Positions 1 to 9,033 of a stretch of DNA of 64,000 nt are shown here, one piece after another. The notes under the pieces are model-generated. The model saw only the letters and a program-made list of their open reading frames with translations. It did not search any database and was not told the DNA's origin. The stretch covers positions 702,919 through 766,918 of the forward strand of contig CAWFCE010000002.1 of NCBI GenBank assembly GCA_963814275.1. The letters run 5' to 3'. Position numbers and translations under genes: made by a program. Position 1 is the stretch's first letter. The number at the start of each line of letters is the position of its first letter. This stretch comes from Candidatus Parcubacteria bacterium (GTDB lineage: Bacteria; Patescibacteriota; Patescibacteriia; Patescibacteriales; UBA12075).

Positions 1-990
1 AGACTTGATGTGGAGCGAATCGGCCAGGGCGCCGGTCAAATGCCGGTATATTTCATCGGCCTCGATAGTCATTTTCAGTTTTTCATTCAGGGCGCTTATG
101 ATATGGCCGGAATCATAAAGGGAAGTGAAAAAGTATTTATTGGCCAGGTGCCCGTAATAGCGGCGCAAAGGGTTGAAGATGAGGATGACTGCCAGCATCA
201 GGGCAATAGATGCCCAGACGTAATATTGGGGAAGCCAATCGTAGATCAGGACACTGGCCAGGATCGAGGGCGCGAATACCGTTACCAGAGAAAGCAGGAA
301 GACCGTGGATTGCTTCAAGGCAAGCCGGATATCCAGAAAACGATGCCTGATTATGGCATAACCGATAAAATAAACGAATAAAGCGCTGAAAATATTGGTT
401 ATCGGGGGGAAGAGAATGCCGTACCAGAGAAACCAATTGGGAACGGCCAGAAGCAGAGAGAGATAAGTGCCGACAAATACCAGCCTGGCCTGGTCTTTTT
501 TGAGACCCTGTGATTTTTTGTAATTACGGTATAAAAGATAATAAGATAAGATGAAGGTCGCGAAGAACACCAGCAAATAAGGATGGTAAAGTATCCCCGG
601 TTTCGGCCAAAAAGGGAACGAAAGGGCCGGCTCGACCGTACGCACTACCAATGGGGTGAAGTCGAACAGGAATATTATCGTAAAAAAAATATAGCCGGCG
701 ATTAACAGGTTTTTTAATCGGTCTTTTTTCCCGACGAAAACAATTACGAAATGCAGAAAGGTGATGGGCAGGAAGATCGAACCGACGGTTAACGCCCTGG
801 TCCAGAAAAGGGCCGCGTTATAGGTGTCGGATATTAGCCACATAAAATAGGAAAACGACCAGACGACTATAAAAAAAGTAAAAATGGAGTAATAAACGGC
901 AAGTTCCGATTTTTTTTTCGACCAGACCAAAATGGCCAGCAATAAACTGGATATGGCGATAAAAATAGCTGAAAAAGGATAATACCACAT
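1..990 (-). CDS. Partial (C-terminus off window) polytopic membrane protein, ~7+ TM helices; resembles the N-terminal 7TM sensor region of histidine kinases
   Basis: Uninterrupted minus-strand reading frame from ATG at 988-990 to position 1 (start MWYYPFSAIFIAISSLLLAILVW...). At least 7 hydrophobic helices, then an amphipathic segment (NEKLKMTIEADEIYRHL) as expected ahead of a cytoplasmic signalling domain. Absent from the ORF track because it is truncated by the window edge. Confidence 0.55.
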   Translation of the reverse strand, partial: MWYYPFSAIFIAISSLLLAILVWSKKKSELAVYYSIFTFFIVVWSFSYFMWLISDTYNAALFWTRALTVGSIFLPITFLHFVIVFVGKKDRLKNLLIAGYIFFTIIFLFDFTPLVVRTVEPALSFPFWPKPGILYHPYLLVFFATFILSYYLLYRNYKKSQGLKKDQARLVFVGTYLSLLLAVPNWFLWYGILFPPITNIFSALFVYFIGYAIIRHRFLDIRLALKQSTVFLLSLVTVFAPSILASVLIYDWLPQYYVWASIALMLAVILIFNPLRRYYGHLANKYFFTSLYDSGHIISALNEKLKMTIEADEIYRHLTGALADSLHIKS

Positions 991-1092
991 ATAAGAGTGT
1001 ATTAATTATACCATTTTATCTGGTTATCAGCTAATAAAAGCGGTAGATGCGGCCATATCGAATAACTGCGGTTAAACTTGACAAATGCCTCT

Positions 1093-1129
1093 TTGACAAA
1101 GTTGAATTAATCACTATTATAAGTATAAT
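1093..1129 (+). promoter_or_regulatory. Candidate sigma70-like promoter (TTGACA -35; TATAAG/TATAAT -10 candidates) upstream of the 1174 gene; AAGGAG RBS at ~1158-1163
   Basis: TTGACA at 1093-1098, TATAAG 1118-1123 and TATAAT 1124-1129; AAGGAG 10 nt before the ATG. Confidence 0.3.
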
Positions 1130-1173
1130 AGATAATTTTTTGATCTTTCAAAACTAACCGGAATTTAAGGAGA

Positions 1174-2283
1174 TTGAACATGGAAAAAAAAGACAAGAGC
1201 AACAAGAAGAATATGTGCGATAAGGAAGCTTATTCCTGGGCCGAGATCGTGCTATGTGGCGACGACGGTATGGTCGCCATCGCATCGAGTTACGGGCGGA
1301 TCCCGGAAGAGTTCAGGATAGTCCTGGATAAGCTGGTTTTTACCGAATATATGAATAAGATATTTATAGAACCCCTCCTGCAACTTTCCCACATACTCAT
1401 CTTTTGCAAAAGTATTCCACGCATCGAAGAGAAGGAATATCACGATTTGAAAATGCAGGCGGCAAAACTGCTATTTGCTTTTCATCCGCCCAGTATCGAA
1501 AATCGTGATCATTTCGACGCAATCACTGCCAGTCTGCTGGAGAACGAGAAGAAAAGGGGAGCGGAACTGGTGGCCAAGAGAACACCGGACGATATTGTGG
1601 TGGCTGTTTTCCGCGACTCTGAAGCAATCGCCACCATGTCATTGTTTCCCTTCAAAAACAAAACGGATATCCCAAGTCGGATTTATCTTGATGTGGACGA
1701 GTATGCAGAAGAGCATTTGCCGGACGCGCAGGGGGTCGAGGTCGGCCGAATGGCCAGAAAAACCAGGAATGGCCTCGTTGGCCAGAAAATGGAATTTTCC
1801 TATAATCTCTCCTGGGCGATGGCTTTTGCGGTTGCGGATTTCTATATCCTGGCGCATGGCCTGGTAGATGACGAAAATTCCTATATATGCGGCGATACGC
1901 ATGGCAACTTGCTTAGCAAGTTAGAGAGAATTTTCAATATTAAGAAATTTTGCCCCAGGTTAAATTACGAAATGCTGGATAACCGGAGGGATTATCCCGG
2001 CCTGAGTATGTATTTCACCCAACGCCGGGTCCTGGGACAATTTTTGAGCGCAGAAGAATTGCTTGCCGTTTTGGAAGGACTTTGCCGGGATAATCCGGTT
2101 TTGGGGCGAAGGGTAAGAAGGTATCTGGTTGAGGGTATGGCCCGTTTAGGCCTAAAACGGGCGGAGGATTTTATCCCGGAACTGTTCAAATTGTTTTTTT
2201 TCCATTTTAAATATCGTGAACGCAGAACACAGGAGATATTCGCGAATATGAAGCGGCTTTTCCGGCAGCCGGTATATTATTAA
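1174..2283 (+). CDS. Hypothetical protein (369 aa), no recognised domain
   Basis: Long ORF with AAGGAG RBS; followed by a hairpin terminator. Confidence 0.6.
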   Translation: MNMEKKDKSNKKNMCDKEAYSWAEIVLCGDDGMVAIASSYGRIPEEFRIVLDKLVFTEYMNKIFIEPLLQLSHILIFCKSIPRIEEKEYHDLKMQAAKLLFAFHPPSIENRDHFDAITASLLENEKKRGAELVAKRTPDDIVVAVFRDSEAIATMSLFPFKNKTDIPSRIYLDVDEYAEEHLPDAQGVEVGRMARKTRNGLVGQKMEFSYNLSWAMAFAVADFYILAHGLVDDENSYICGDTHGNLLSKLERIFNIKKFCPRLNYEMLDNRRDYPGLSMYFTQRRVLGQFLSAEELLAVLEGLCRDNPVLGRRVRRYLVEGMARLGLKRAEDFIPELFKLFFFHFKYRERRTQEIFANMKRLFRQPVYY

Positions 2284-2325
2284 AAAAGCCTCGATCCGTT
2301 ACCGGATCAGAGGCTTTTTATATAT
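2283..2325. terminator. Bidirectional rho-independent-type hairpin between convergent genes
   Basis: aagcctcgatccgttaccggatcagaggcttttt: GC stem plus T-run, sitting between the stop of the 1174 gene and the stop of valS. Confidence 0.5.
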
Positions 2326-2365
2326 TGCGCCGGGGATGATTAGCCGAAATAATATCAGATTAATA

Positions 2366-5300
2366 TCAAAATGATCTTAGTTGTTTTTCCAGTTTTTCTT
2401 TCTCGGCTCCGAATTCCTTGAGCCGGTTTTTTTCCTTGTCGATTATCGGCTGGGGTGCCCGCTCCATGAAATTATTGTCCGCCAGCTTGTTTTCGGTCAT
2501 ATTAATAAGCTGTTCAAGCCGCCCGATCGATTCCCGGAGGCGCTTCCTTTCTTTCTCCTCGTCGACCGCGCCCAATAAATAGACCTCGGTATCTCCGACC
2601 GGGGCGAAAATCGCCTTCTCGGGCCTGGAAGCTTTCGCTTCGCTTATTTCTATATCCCCGATTCCGGTCCGCATGCCCCTGATCAATGCTTCATTTTCCC
2701 TAATCAAACCGGCTTTGCCGCCGGCATATATAAGCGCTTTTATTTTCCGTCCCGGCTCGACCTTATTCTCGGCGCGGGCGTTGCGGATCGATTCGATGAT
2801 ACTCTTGATTGTTTCAAAATCATTTTTAACCCCTTCTTCCGAAAATTTTTCGATCTCATCGTTTTTTCGCGGCCACTCGGCAACAATCAGGTCTTTTCTG
2901 CCCATTTCTTCCCAGATCTTTTCCGTTACGAAGGGGATGAACGGATGCCAAAGCTTCAGGATATTTTCCAATACGTAAAGTAAGACTTTGTCCTTTTCCG
3001 GGCTGTTATCGAATTTAGTCGCCTCGATATACCAGTCCGCCAATTTGCTCCAGGTGAAATCCCTCAGTTCTTCTCCGGCCAGGGAAAAATTATATGTAGA
3101 TAGATGGTTCGTAACGGCTTCGATGGCGCTGTCCAATTCGGATAATATCCATTTGTCGGAAAGAACCAGCTTGTCAAAATTAATTCCTGCCATCCGCTGC
3201 CTGCCATCCGCTGTTTGTAAAATATATCTTGCCACATTCCAAAGCTTATTGACCAGATTGCGCGCGGATTCGACTTTTTCTTCATAATAACGCGAATCGT
3301 TGCCCGGAGTGTTGCCGGATATCAGGCTGAAACGCAGGGCGTCAGTGCCGTATTGCTTGGCCACCTCTATCGGATCGATCCCGTTGCCCAGGGACTTGGA
3401 GAATTTGTTGCCGTTCTTGTCGCGCAACATGCCGTGTATATAAACGTCCCTGAAGGGAATATCGGCAAGCGCGTAAGTCGACATCAGGATCATCCTGGCC
3501 ATCCAGAAGAATAATATCTCATACCCCATCTGCATCCAGGCGGTCGGATGGTATTGTCTGAAGTCATCGGTCGCATCCGGCCAGCCCAAAGTCGAAAAGG
3601 TCCACAGCCCGGAGGAGAACCAGGTATCGAGCGTATCCTCATCCTGGACCCAGCCTTCGCCCTCCGGCGGCTGCTCGCCAACGTAAGTCTCAAATGTCGA
3701 ATGACGAATGTCGAATGATGAATTTTTCACTGTTTCGATTTCCAAAGCGATTATCCCGTTTTTTTCGATTTTTTCGGCGTATCCGGGAATTTTTTTCCAG
3801 AATTCCGCAATGTCGTCCTTCGATTTGCCCGGGTAAATTATGTTGGCATTATATTTATCGAAAAGTTCATCGCTGTTTTTGAATTTAACCGCCTTGCCGA
3901 TTTTGACCCTGATGCTTTCGAAAATTTTGTCGTTTTCGATATAGTTCAAGGTGATATCATCGCCGGTCTTGATTTTGCCGAAATAACGGTCAGGCTCCTC
4001 AGGGTTTAACGCCCTGGTTTCCACCGTTTTTTTGCCGCTTTTTATCAAGTCGTACATTTCCCGGTTCCGAAAATTCAATTCGACATTCGACATTCGTGAT
4101 TCGGCATTTGCACGGTACCATACGGGTATGCGGTGCCCCCACCAGACTTGCCGGGAAATGCACCAGTCGCGGAGATTATCGATCCAGTGCAAGTATTGCT
4201 TTTCGAAGCGCTCGGGATTTATTTTGATGGTTTTGCCTTTGTCGCCGTTAAGGCCGGTCGTGACTGCCTCGCGCATCAAGTCCTTCAGGGTTTTGCCCCG
4301 GCCGGGAATTATTTTATTGACCATTACGAACCATTGCTCCATTGGAATGACCTCAACGATATCCTTGAAGCGGTCTGATTTGCCGATATTGTGGACGATT
4401 TCTTCTTCTTTTTCCATTAACCCCTTGTCTTTGAGCCACCCGACCATTTTTTCCCTGGCTTCGGTTACTGTCAGCCCGGCGTAATCCCGGCCGGCCTCTG
4501 CGGTCATGCGCCCGTCTTCACCGATAACCTTGATCAATTCCAGGTTATGCCTGTTTTTCAATTCATAATCGACCATGCTGTGCGCCGGCGTTACGCCGAC
4601 CGCGCCGGTCCCGAATGCCGGGTCGATTTCCGGGTCTGCGATTATTTTGATCATTAACGGTTTCTTGGCGCCAATGTCAACCTTGAACTCCCGACCGATA
4701 TATTCTTTGTAGCGGTCATCCTCCGGGTTGACCGCCACCGCCGTATCGCCGAGCTTGGTTTCCGGACGGGTGGTTGCGATCTTGATCGGGAAATCAGGCG
4801 AGTACTTGAATGTATAGAGTACGGCCTTTTGCTCCTCATGCTCCAATTCATCATCCGAGCAGGTCGATTGGCCCTTTACCGACCAGTTCACTACGCGGTA
4901 GCCTTTCTCTATCAAACCGTCATTGTACATTTTTACAAATACCTGGTTGACCGCCCGTGATCTGGCTTCATCAAAAGTATAAGACAGGCGCGACCAGTCG
5001 CAGCTGGTGCCCATGGTCCGGATCTGCTTCAGGATAGTCGCCTTTGAATCTTCGGCAAAATCGCGGATAATATCCAGAAGTTTTTCCCGTCCGAGTTCCT
5101 GCCGGGGATTTGGCATGCCTTCCCCGATCAATTTTTTCTCGACCTTGGCCTGGGTCGCTACGGCCGCGTGGTCGGTACCGGGCAAAAGCAAGACTTTCTT
5201 CCCGTTCATCCGCTGGAATCTGGTTTCGATATCCATGATCGTATTCTCCAGGGCATGGCCGAGATGAAGCACTCCGGTCACGTTCGGCGGCGGCATGGCA

Positions 5301-5419
5301 ATCGCGTAATTTTCCGCGTCCGCGGGCAGGTCGAGATTGTCCGGGTTGAAAAAGCCGGATTTCTCCCACTGCTCATAGATCTTATCCTCGTAATCGTTAA
5401 AATTATATGATTTATCCAT
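2366..5419 (-). CDS. valS: Valyl-tRNA synthetase (class I), 1017 aa, with C-terminal coiled-coil and an inserted ~130 aa ASCH/YqfB-like domain
   Basis: HIGH motif PPPNVTGVLHLGHAL, KMSKS motif KFSKSLGN, WCISRQVWWGHRIP motif, editing-domain region, C-terminal coiled coil. Between WWGHRIPVWY and EDTLDTWFSS lies an extra ~130 aa carrying a GKKTVETR (GxKxxExR) ASCH motif. Confidence 0.95.
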   Translation of the reverse strand: MDKSYNFNDYEDKIYEQWEKSGFFNPDNLDLPADAENYAIAMPPPNVTGVLHLGHALENTIMDIETRFQRMNGKKVLLLPGTDHAAVATQAKVEKKLIGEGMPNPRQELGREKLLDIIRDFAEDSKATILKQIRTMGTSCDWSRLSYTFDEARSRAVNQVFVKMYNDGLIEKGYRVVNWSVKGQSTCSDDELEHEEQKAVLYTFKYSPDFPIKIATTRPETKLGDTAVAVNPEDDRYKEYIGREFKVDIGAKKPLMIKIIADPEIDPAFGTGAVGVTPAHSMVDYELKNRHNLELIKVIGEDGRMTAEAGRDYAGLTVTEAREKMVGWLKDKGLMEKEEEIVHNIGKSDRFKDIVEVIPMEQWFVMVNKIIPGRGKTLKDLMREAVTTGLNGDKGKTIKINPERFEKQYLHWIDNLRDWCISRQVWWGHRIPVWYRANAESRMSNVELNFRNREMYDLIKSGKKTVETRALNPEEPDRYFGKIKTGDDITLNYIENDKIFESIRVKIGKAVKFKNSDELFDKYNANIIYPGKSKDDIAEFWKKIPGYAEKIEKNGIIALEIETVKNSSFDIRHSTFETYVGEQPPEGEGWVQDEDTLDTWFSSGLWTFSTLGWPDATDDFRQYHPTAWMQMGYEILFFWMARMILMSTYALADIPFRDVYIHGMLRDKNGNKFSKSLGNGIDPIEVAKQYGTDALRFSLISGNTPGNDSRYYEEKVESARNLVNKLWNVARYILQTADGRQRMAGINFDKLVLSDKWILSELDSAIEAVTNHLSTYNFSLAGEELRDFTWSKLADWYIEATKFDNSPEKDKVLLYVLENILKLWHPFIPFVTEKIWEEMGRKDLIVAEWPRKNDEIEKFSEEGVKNDFETIKSIIESIRNARAENKVEPGRKIKALIYAGGKAGLIRENEALIRGMRTGIGDIEISEAKASRPEKAIFAPVGDTEVYLLGAVDEEKERKRLRESIGRLEQLINMTENKLADNNFMERAPQPIIDKEKNRLKEFGAEKEKLEKQLRSF
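3696..4103. repeat. Pair of ~27-bp imperfect inverted repeats (3696-3724 and 4077-4103) bracketing the ASCH-domain coding segment inside valS
   Basis: gtcgaatgacgaatgtcgaatgatgaatt versus aattcgacattcgacattcgtgattcg (reverse complements, ~3 mismatches). Both arms are translated in frame on the minus strand (ESRMSNVELNF ... SFDIRHSTFET). Confidence 0.6.
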
Positions 5420-5496
5420 GTTAATAAATATAAGTTATTTATCGGAATTGATTGGTTTATTTGTATAGTATCTCTTAATTATGGTATAAGATAAAT

Positions 5497-5655
5497 TCTA
5501 AATACTAATTTCTAATATCTAAACAAATACTAATTTCCAAAATTTCAAACGCTGGACAAAGTCAGAAATTTTTACTTGTAAATCAATCGCGCAAATTATT
5601 ATTTGGTATTTGTAATTTGTTTAGGATCTAGCATTTAGGGCTTAGAAATTATTTC
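5497..5655. repeat. AT-rich palindromic intergenic element, family A copy 1 (ctaatatctaa...aaacaaat // atttgtttag arms)
   Basis: Shares arms and a similar centre with the elements at 7100-7265 and 27978-28153. Lies in the divergent region between valS and the 5878 gene. Confidence 0.6.
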
Positions 5656-5877
5656 GGGTATATTTGATAAAGCCATATCTGTTATTTACTTTATTATGAT
5701 AAATAACAACATAATGTCTATTATCCAATATCCTAATATTAAAACAAAAGCCGAAAAGAATCAAATGAGCCCAGTGCTTTTTTCAATTGACACGACTCCC
5801 GAAAGATTTTATAATTAAAATTACTATTTCGTTTTTTATTAGGAAATATTTATCCTTTTCATACGTATTATATAGAT

Positions 5878-7038
5878 ATGGCTAGTGAACGAAAATATTA
5901 TATTAAAAAAATTAACCGGCTGACCAGGGAAGTCGTTTCCCTGGAATTGCGCGACCCGGAAGGCCGGCCGGTTTTTGGTTTCCGACCCGGCCAATATCTT
6001 ATGTTGAGTTACCGCAACAGCCGGGGGAAGGTCGAGCTCAGGCATTCTTTTTCGATTGCCAGTTCGCCCTCAGACCGTAATAAATTGGACCTGGGTATCA
6101 AAGTTCTGGGGAATTTCACCCAGGGGCTCGGCCGGCTTAAGGCCGGGGATACGGTTTTCGCAACCGGACCATTCGGCCGTTTCGTGTTCAAAGAAAAGAA
6201 ACACCGGGACCTGGTGATGATCGCCGGCGGCATCGGCATCACCCCTTTTATGAGCACGCTGCGCTATGCGGCTGGCCAAGGATTGCCGAACAGATTATCG
6301 CTTCTCTATAGCGCCAAAACCAGGGAAGATCTCGCTTATTATGAGGAGATCAGGAATTTGTCCGCGAGCAACCGGAATTTCCGCGCGCTTTTCTCCGTAA
6401 CGGACGGAAAAGCGGCGCCTCGCGGGATCGATATGGTGGCTGGCCGGCTCAATGCCGGAGTGATCGGCGGCTGGCTCGGGGACCTTAAGGGAAAAACTTT
6501 TTTTATCTGCGGTCCCAGGGGCTTTATGGATGCGATGCAGGCGGATTTGTCTGCGCTGGGCGTGGGCAAATCAAGGATAAAAACCGAAGAATTCGTTATG
6601 ATCCCGGATGAGGGGCTATGGCTGCCGGCCAGGAATCTGGCCTATGCCCTGACAGCGAGCGCGGCGGTTTTCATTATCGCTTTCAATCTGGTCAACCGGC
6701 CGGCGGTGGCCGATGTCGCGAATACCGCGGTATTACCGGATCAGGCCGCGTACGATACGCTCAATCAGGCCGCCTACGACCGTTTGCTCGGTATTATTAA
6801 CAGCAAGAACCAATCTGTAGCCGATCTGCAAAACCGATTGAACCGGGAATTGTCCGCTTTGAATTCGGCCAATATCCCCAGCGCACCGGTGAATAGCGGA
6901 TCAGCGCCAGTCCCGTCAGCGTCCGTTCCGGCGCGCGCAGTCTGTTTCCGCCCCGGCCCCGATCCAGGCACCGGTGGTCAGGCCCAGACAGATGACTATG
7001 CCGGCACCGATGCCGCGGACGAGAATGTCGTAGGTTAA
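5878..7038 (+). CDS. FNR-like FAD/NAD(P)-binding oxidoreductase (ferredoxin-reductase fold) with C-terminal TM helix and Ala/Pro/Ser-rich tail
   Basis: RHSFSIAS (RxYS FAD motif), GPFG, GGIGITP (NAD-binding) and CGPxxFM motifs; hydrophobic helix LAYALTASAAVFIIAFNLV followed by a low-complexity tail. Confidence 0.8.
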   Translation: MASERKYYIKKINRLTREVVSLELRDPEGRPVFGFRPGQYLMLSYRNSRGKVELRHSFSIASSPSDRNKLDLGIKVLGNFTQGLGRLKAGDTVFATGPFGRFVFKEKKHRDLVMIAGGIGITPFMSTLRYAAGQGLPNRLSLLYSAKTREDLAYYEEIRNLSASNRNFRALFSVTDGKAAPRGIDMVAGRLNAGVIGGWLGDLKGKTFFICGPRGFMDAMQADLSALGVGKSRIKTEEFVMIPDEGLWLPARNLAYALTASAAVFIIAFNLVNRPAVADVANTAVLPDQAAYDTLNQAAYDRLLGIINSKNQSVADLQNRLNRELSALNSANIPSAPVNSGSAPVPSASVPARAVCFRPGPDPGTGGQAQTDDYAGTDAADENVVG

Positions 7039-7099
7039 AGGCGGTTATCCAAATATAACGTATAATTGATTTTATTGGCTGTACCGCTTTTAGAGTGTC

Positions 7100-7507
7100 A
7101 TAAATTTCTAATATCTAATATCTAAATCCTGAACAAATTCGAAATTAGAATGACAAAAACCCGATTAGCGGCCGTTTAAAGGTTGTCACGTATTTCTTGG
7201 CGGGTTTGGAATTTGGGATTTTGGCATTTGTAATTTGTTTAGAATTTAGAAATTAGGGGTTAATATTGGAATGAAATGACAACACTTTTGTTGATAAACT
7301 CCAAGCACCAAATACCAAATACCAAATAAATTCAAAATCACAAATCCAAAATTCAAAACATTTATTTAAAGCCGACATTCGCGTATTCAGGGTTTTGAAT
7401 TTGGAATTTTGAATTTGGAACTTATTTGGGATTTGGTGCTGAAATTTTCTTGTTTCGCCCGTTTCATTTTCATTCCAATATTAATATTAGGATTTAGTGT
7501 TTAGAAG
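7100..7507. repeat. Family A palindromic element copy 2 (7100-7265), followed by a second long imperfect inverted repeat (~50-bp arms, 7295-7445)
   Basis: caccaaataccaaataccaaataaattcaaaatcacaaatccaaaattcaaaac pairs with gttttgaatttggaattttgaatttggaacttatttgggatttggtg. Family A arms lie at 7100-7140 and 7225-7260. Confidence 0.6.
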
Positions 7508-7561
7508 ACGACAAAAACAAAATCAACTGAAAATCGAGTGCATTTACAAAAATATCAATAA

Positions 7562-8008
7562 ATGTATAAACAAGAAAAAATGAAAAATAATACCCCGATA
7601 ATTATCGCTATAGCGGTTATATTGTTGTTCATGTCTTTTTACGTTGTTTGGGCGGAGCTGGATGATGAAGAATACGGGGAAGAAAGCGAACGGGAGTATT
7701 ATGCGGAGCAGGCGCGTCCCGAAACGGAGGATGACAATACGGCATACGACCAGGCGCCTGCCGCGCCGGCAGCGGCAGTGCCGGAGGTATTACCGGCGCC
7801 GACAGCAGCCATGCCGGACGCTTCCGTTCCGGCGGCAGGAGTGAATTCGGACACGGTCCAGGCGATATCCCAGCGCTATGCCGATTCTGACGGGGACGGC
7901 ATACCCGATTCGATCGACAAATATCCCGGGGAAGACGATTTCGCTTATGCGATAATCGACAAAAACGGCAACGGTATTGCCGACGAACTGGAAATAATTT
8001 ACCCCTAG
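7562..8008 (+). CDS. Small membrane-anchored acidic protein with a thrombospondin-type-3-like Ca-binding repeat
   Basis: N-terminal TM helix, Asp/Glu-rich region, DSDGDGIPDSIDKYPGEDD motif. Confidence 0.55.
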   Translation: MYKQEKMKNNTPIIIAIAVILLFMSFYVVWAELDDEEYGEESEREYYAEQARPETEDDNTAYDQAPAAPAAAVPEVLPAPTAAMPDASVPAAGVNSDTVQAISQRYADSDGDGIPDSIDKYPGEDDFAYAIIDKNGNGIADELEIIYP

Positions 8009-8021
8009 GCAGAAGAATCAT

Positions 8022-8954
8022 ATGGAATGGCGAAAGTTCAAAACGATGGGGACGGAAATGGAATTCTATCTGCCCGCGGCGGATAAAGGAATATTGGACG
8101 AGGCGGAAAAGATTGTCCGTTCGTTCGACGCCGAATACAGCCGTTTCCGGACCGGCAATGAGCTGTCCCGCCTGAACGGCGCGAACGGCGGAACGATCAG
8201 GGTCAGCCCGATGATGGCGGAAATGCTCAAGGCCGCCATAAAGTTCCACGATGAGACCGGCGGAATATTCGATCCGACCGTGCTCGGCAGCCTGGAGGCA
8301 GTCGGTTATGACCGGGATTTTGAAGCGATCGGCAAGAAAAGCGGGAAGGAGGCGGCGGTCGATACCGAAAAGATCCGGCGTGACCATGATAACCGGGCCC
8401 GAATAGTCGATTTGGCGATCCATAACAACACCATTACCGCGCCGGCCGGCTTCCGCTTCGATACCGGCGGCATCGGCAAGGGGTATATCGTGGATTATCT
8501 GGCCCGTACGGTTTTTCCCGGCCAGGCGGATTATCTCATATCAGCCGGCGGCGATCTGACGGCGAAAGGCAGCCGGGCAGGCGGGACCGGCTGGACAATA
8601 GGCGTCGAGGATCCGCATGCTCCGGATCAGGACATTTTTAGTTTGAACACCCGGGGCAAGAACGCGGCGGTTGCCACTTCCGGCCGGGTCAAAAGACGCG
8701 GTGTCAAGGCAGGCTATGCCTGGCACCATATCATCGATCCGCGCACCGGTGAACCGGCACAGAGCGATATTCTGTCCGTTACCGTGATTACCACGGATAC
8801 CATGCGGGCGGATGTTTACGCCAAAACGGTCCTGATACTGGGTCCGGAACGCGGCCTTGATTTCATTGAACAGCGCGGCGATACCGCCGGTGTGATATTT
8901 ACCGACCGCCATGGCATAATATATTCCAGCCGGATGAAGGAATATTTGAATTGA
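8022..8954 (+). CDS. apbE: FAD:protein FMN transferase (ApbE/Ftp family)
   Basis: MGT motif near the N-terminus (KTMGTEMEF), SRFRTGNELSRLN, TGGIFDPTV, GGIGKGYIVD: the characteristic ApbE signature. Confidence 0.85.
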   Translation: MEWRKFKTMGTEMEFYLPAADKGILDEAEKIVRSFDAEYSRFRTGNELSRLNGANGGTIRVSPMMAEMLKAAIKFHDETGGIFDPTVLGSLEAVGYDRDFEAIGKKSGKEAAVDTEKIRRDHDNRARIVDLAIHNNTITAPAGFRFDTGGIGKGYIVDYLARTVFPGQADYLISAGGDLTAKGSRAGGTGWTIGVEDPHAPDQDIFSLNTRGKNAAVATSGRVKRRGVKAGYAWHHIIDPRTGEPAQSDILSVTVITTDTMRADVYAKTVLILGPERGLDFIEQRGDTAGVIFTDRHGIIYSSRMKEYLN

Positions 8955-9033
8955 ACTAATTGTCCAGATTATTCTAATTAACCTAAGGAAACCCCGATCA
9001 CCAAGCCAATAAATCCCAAGCAGGGCCTACATT

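Noticed and set aside
10-436. ORFs 10-381 (+) and 137-436 (-) from the ORF track
   Set aside because: Both overlap, in other frames, the long uninterrupted minus-strand membrane-protein frame (1-990) that has coherent TM helices; they are alternative-frame artefacts.
3193-3219. 14-bp tandem duplication (cagcggatggcagg x2) inside valS
   Set aside because: Reading frame stays open and the encoded segment lies in a variable linker; likely a benign micro-duplication.
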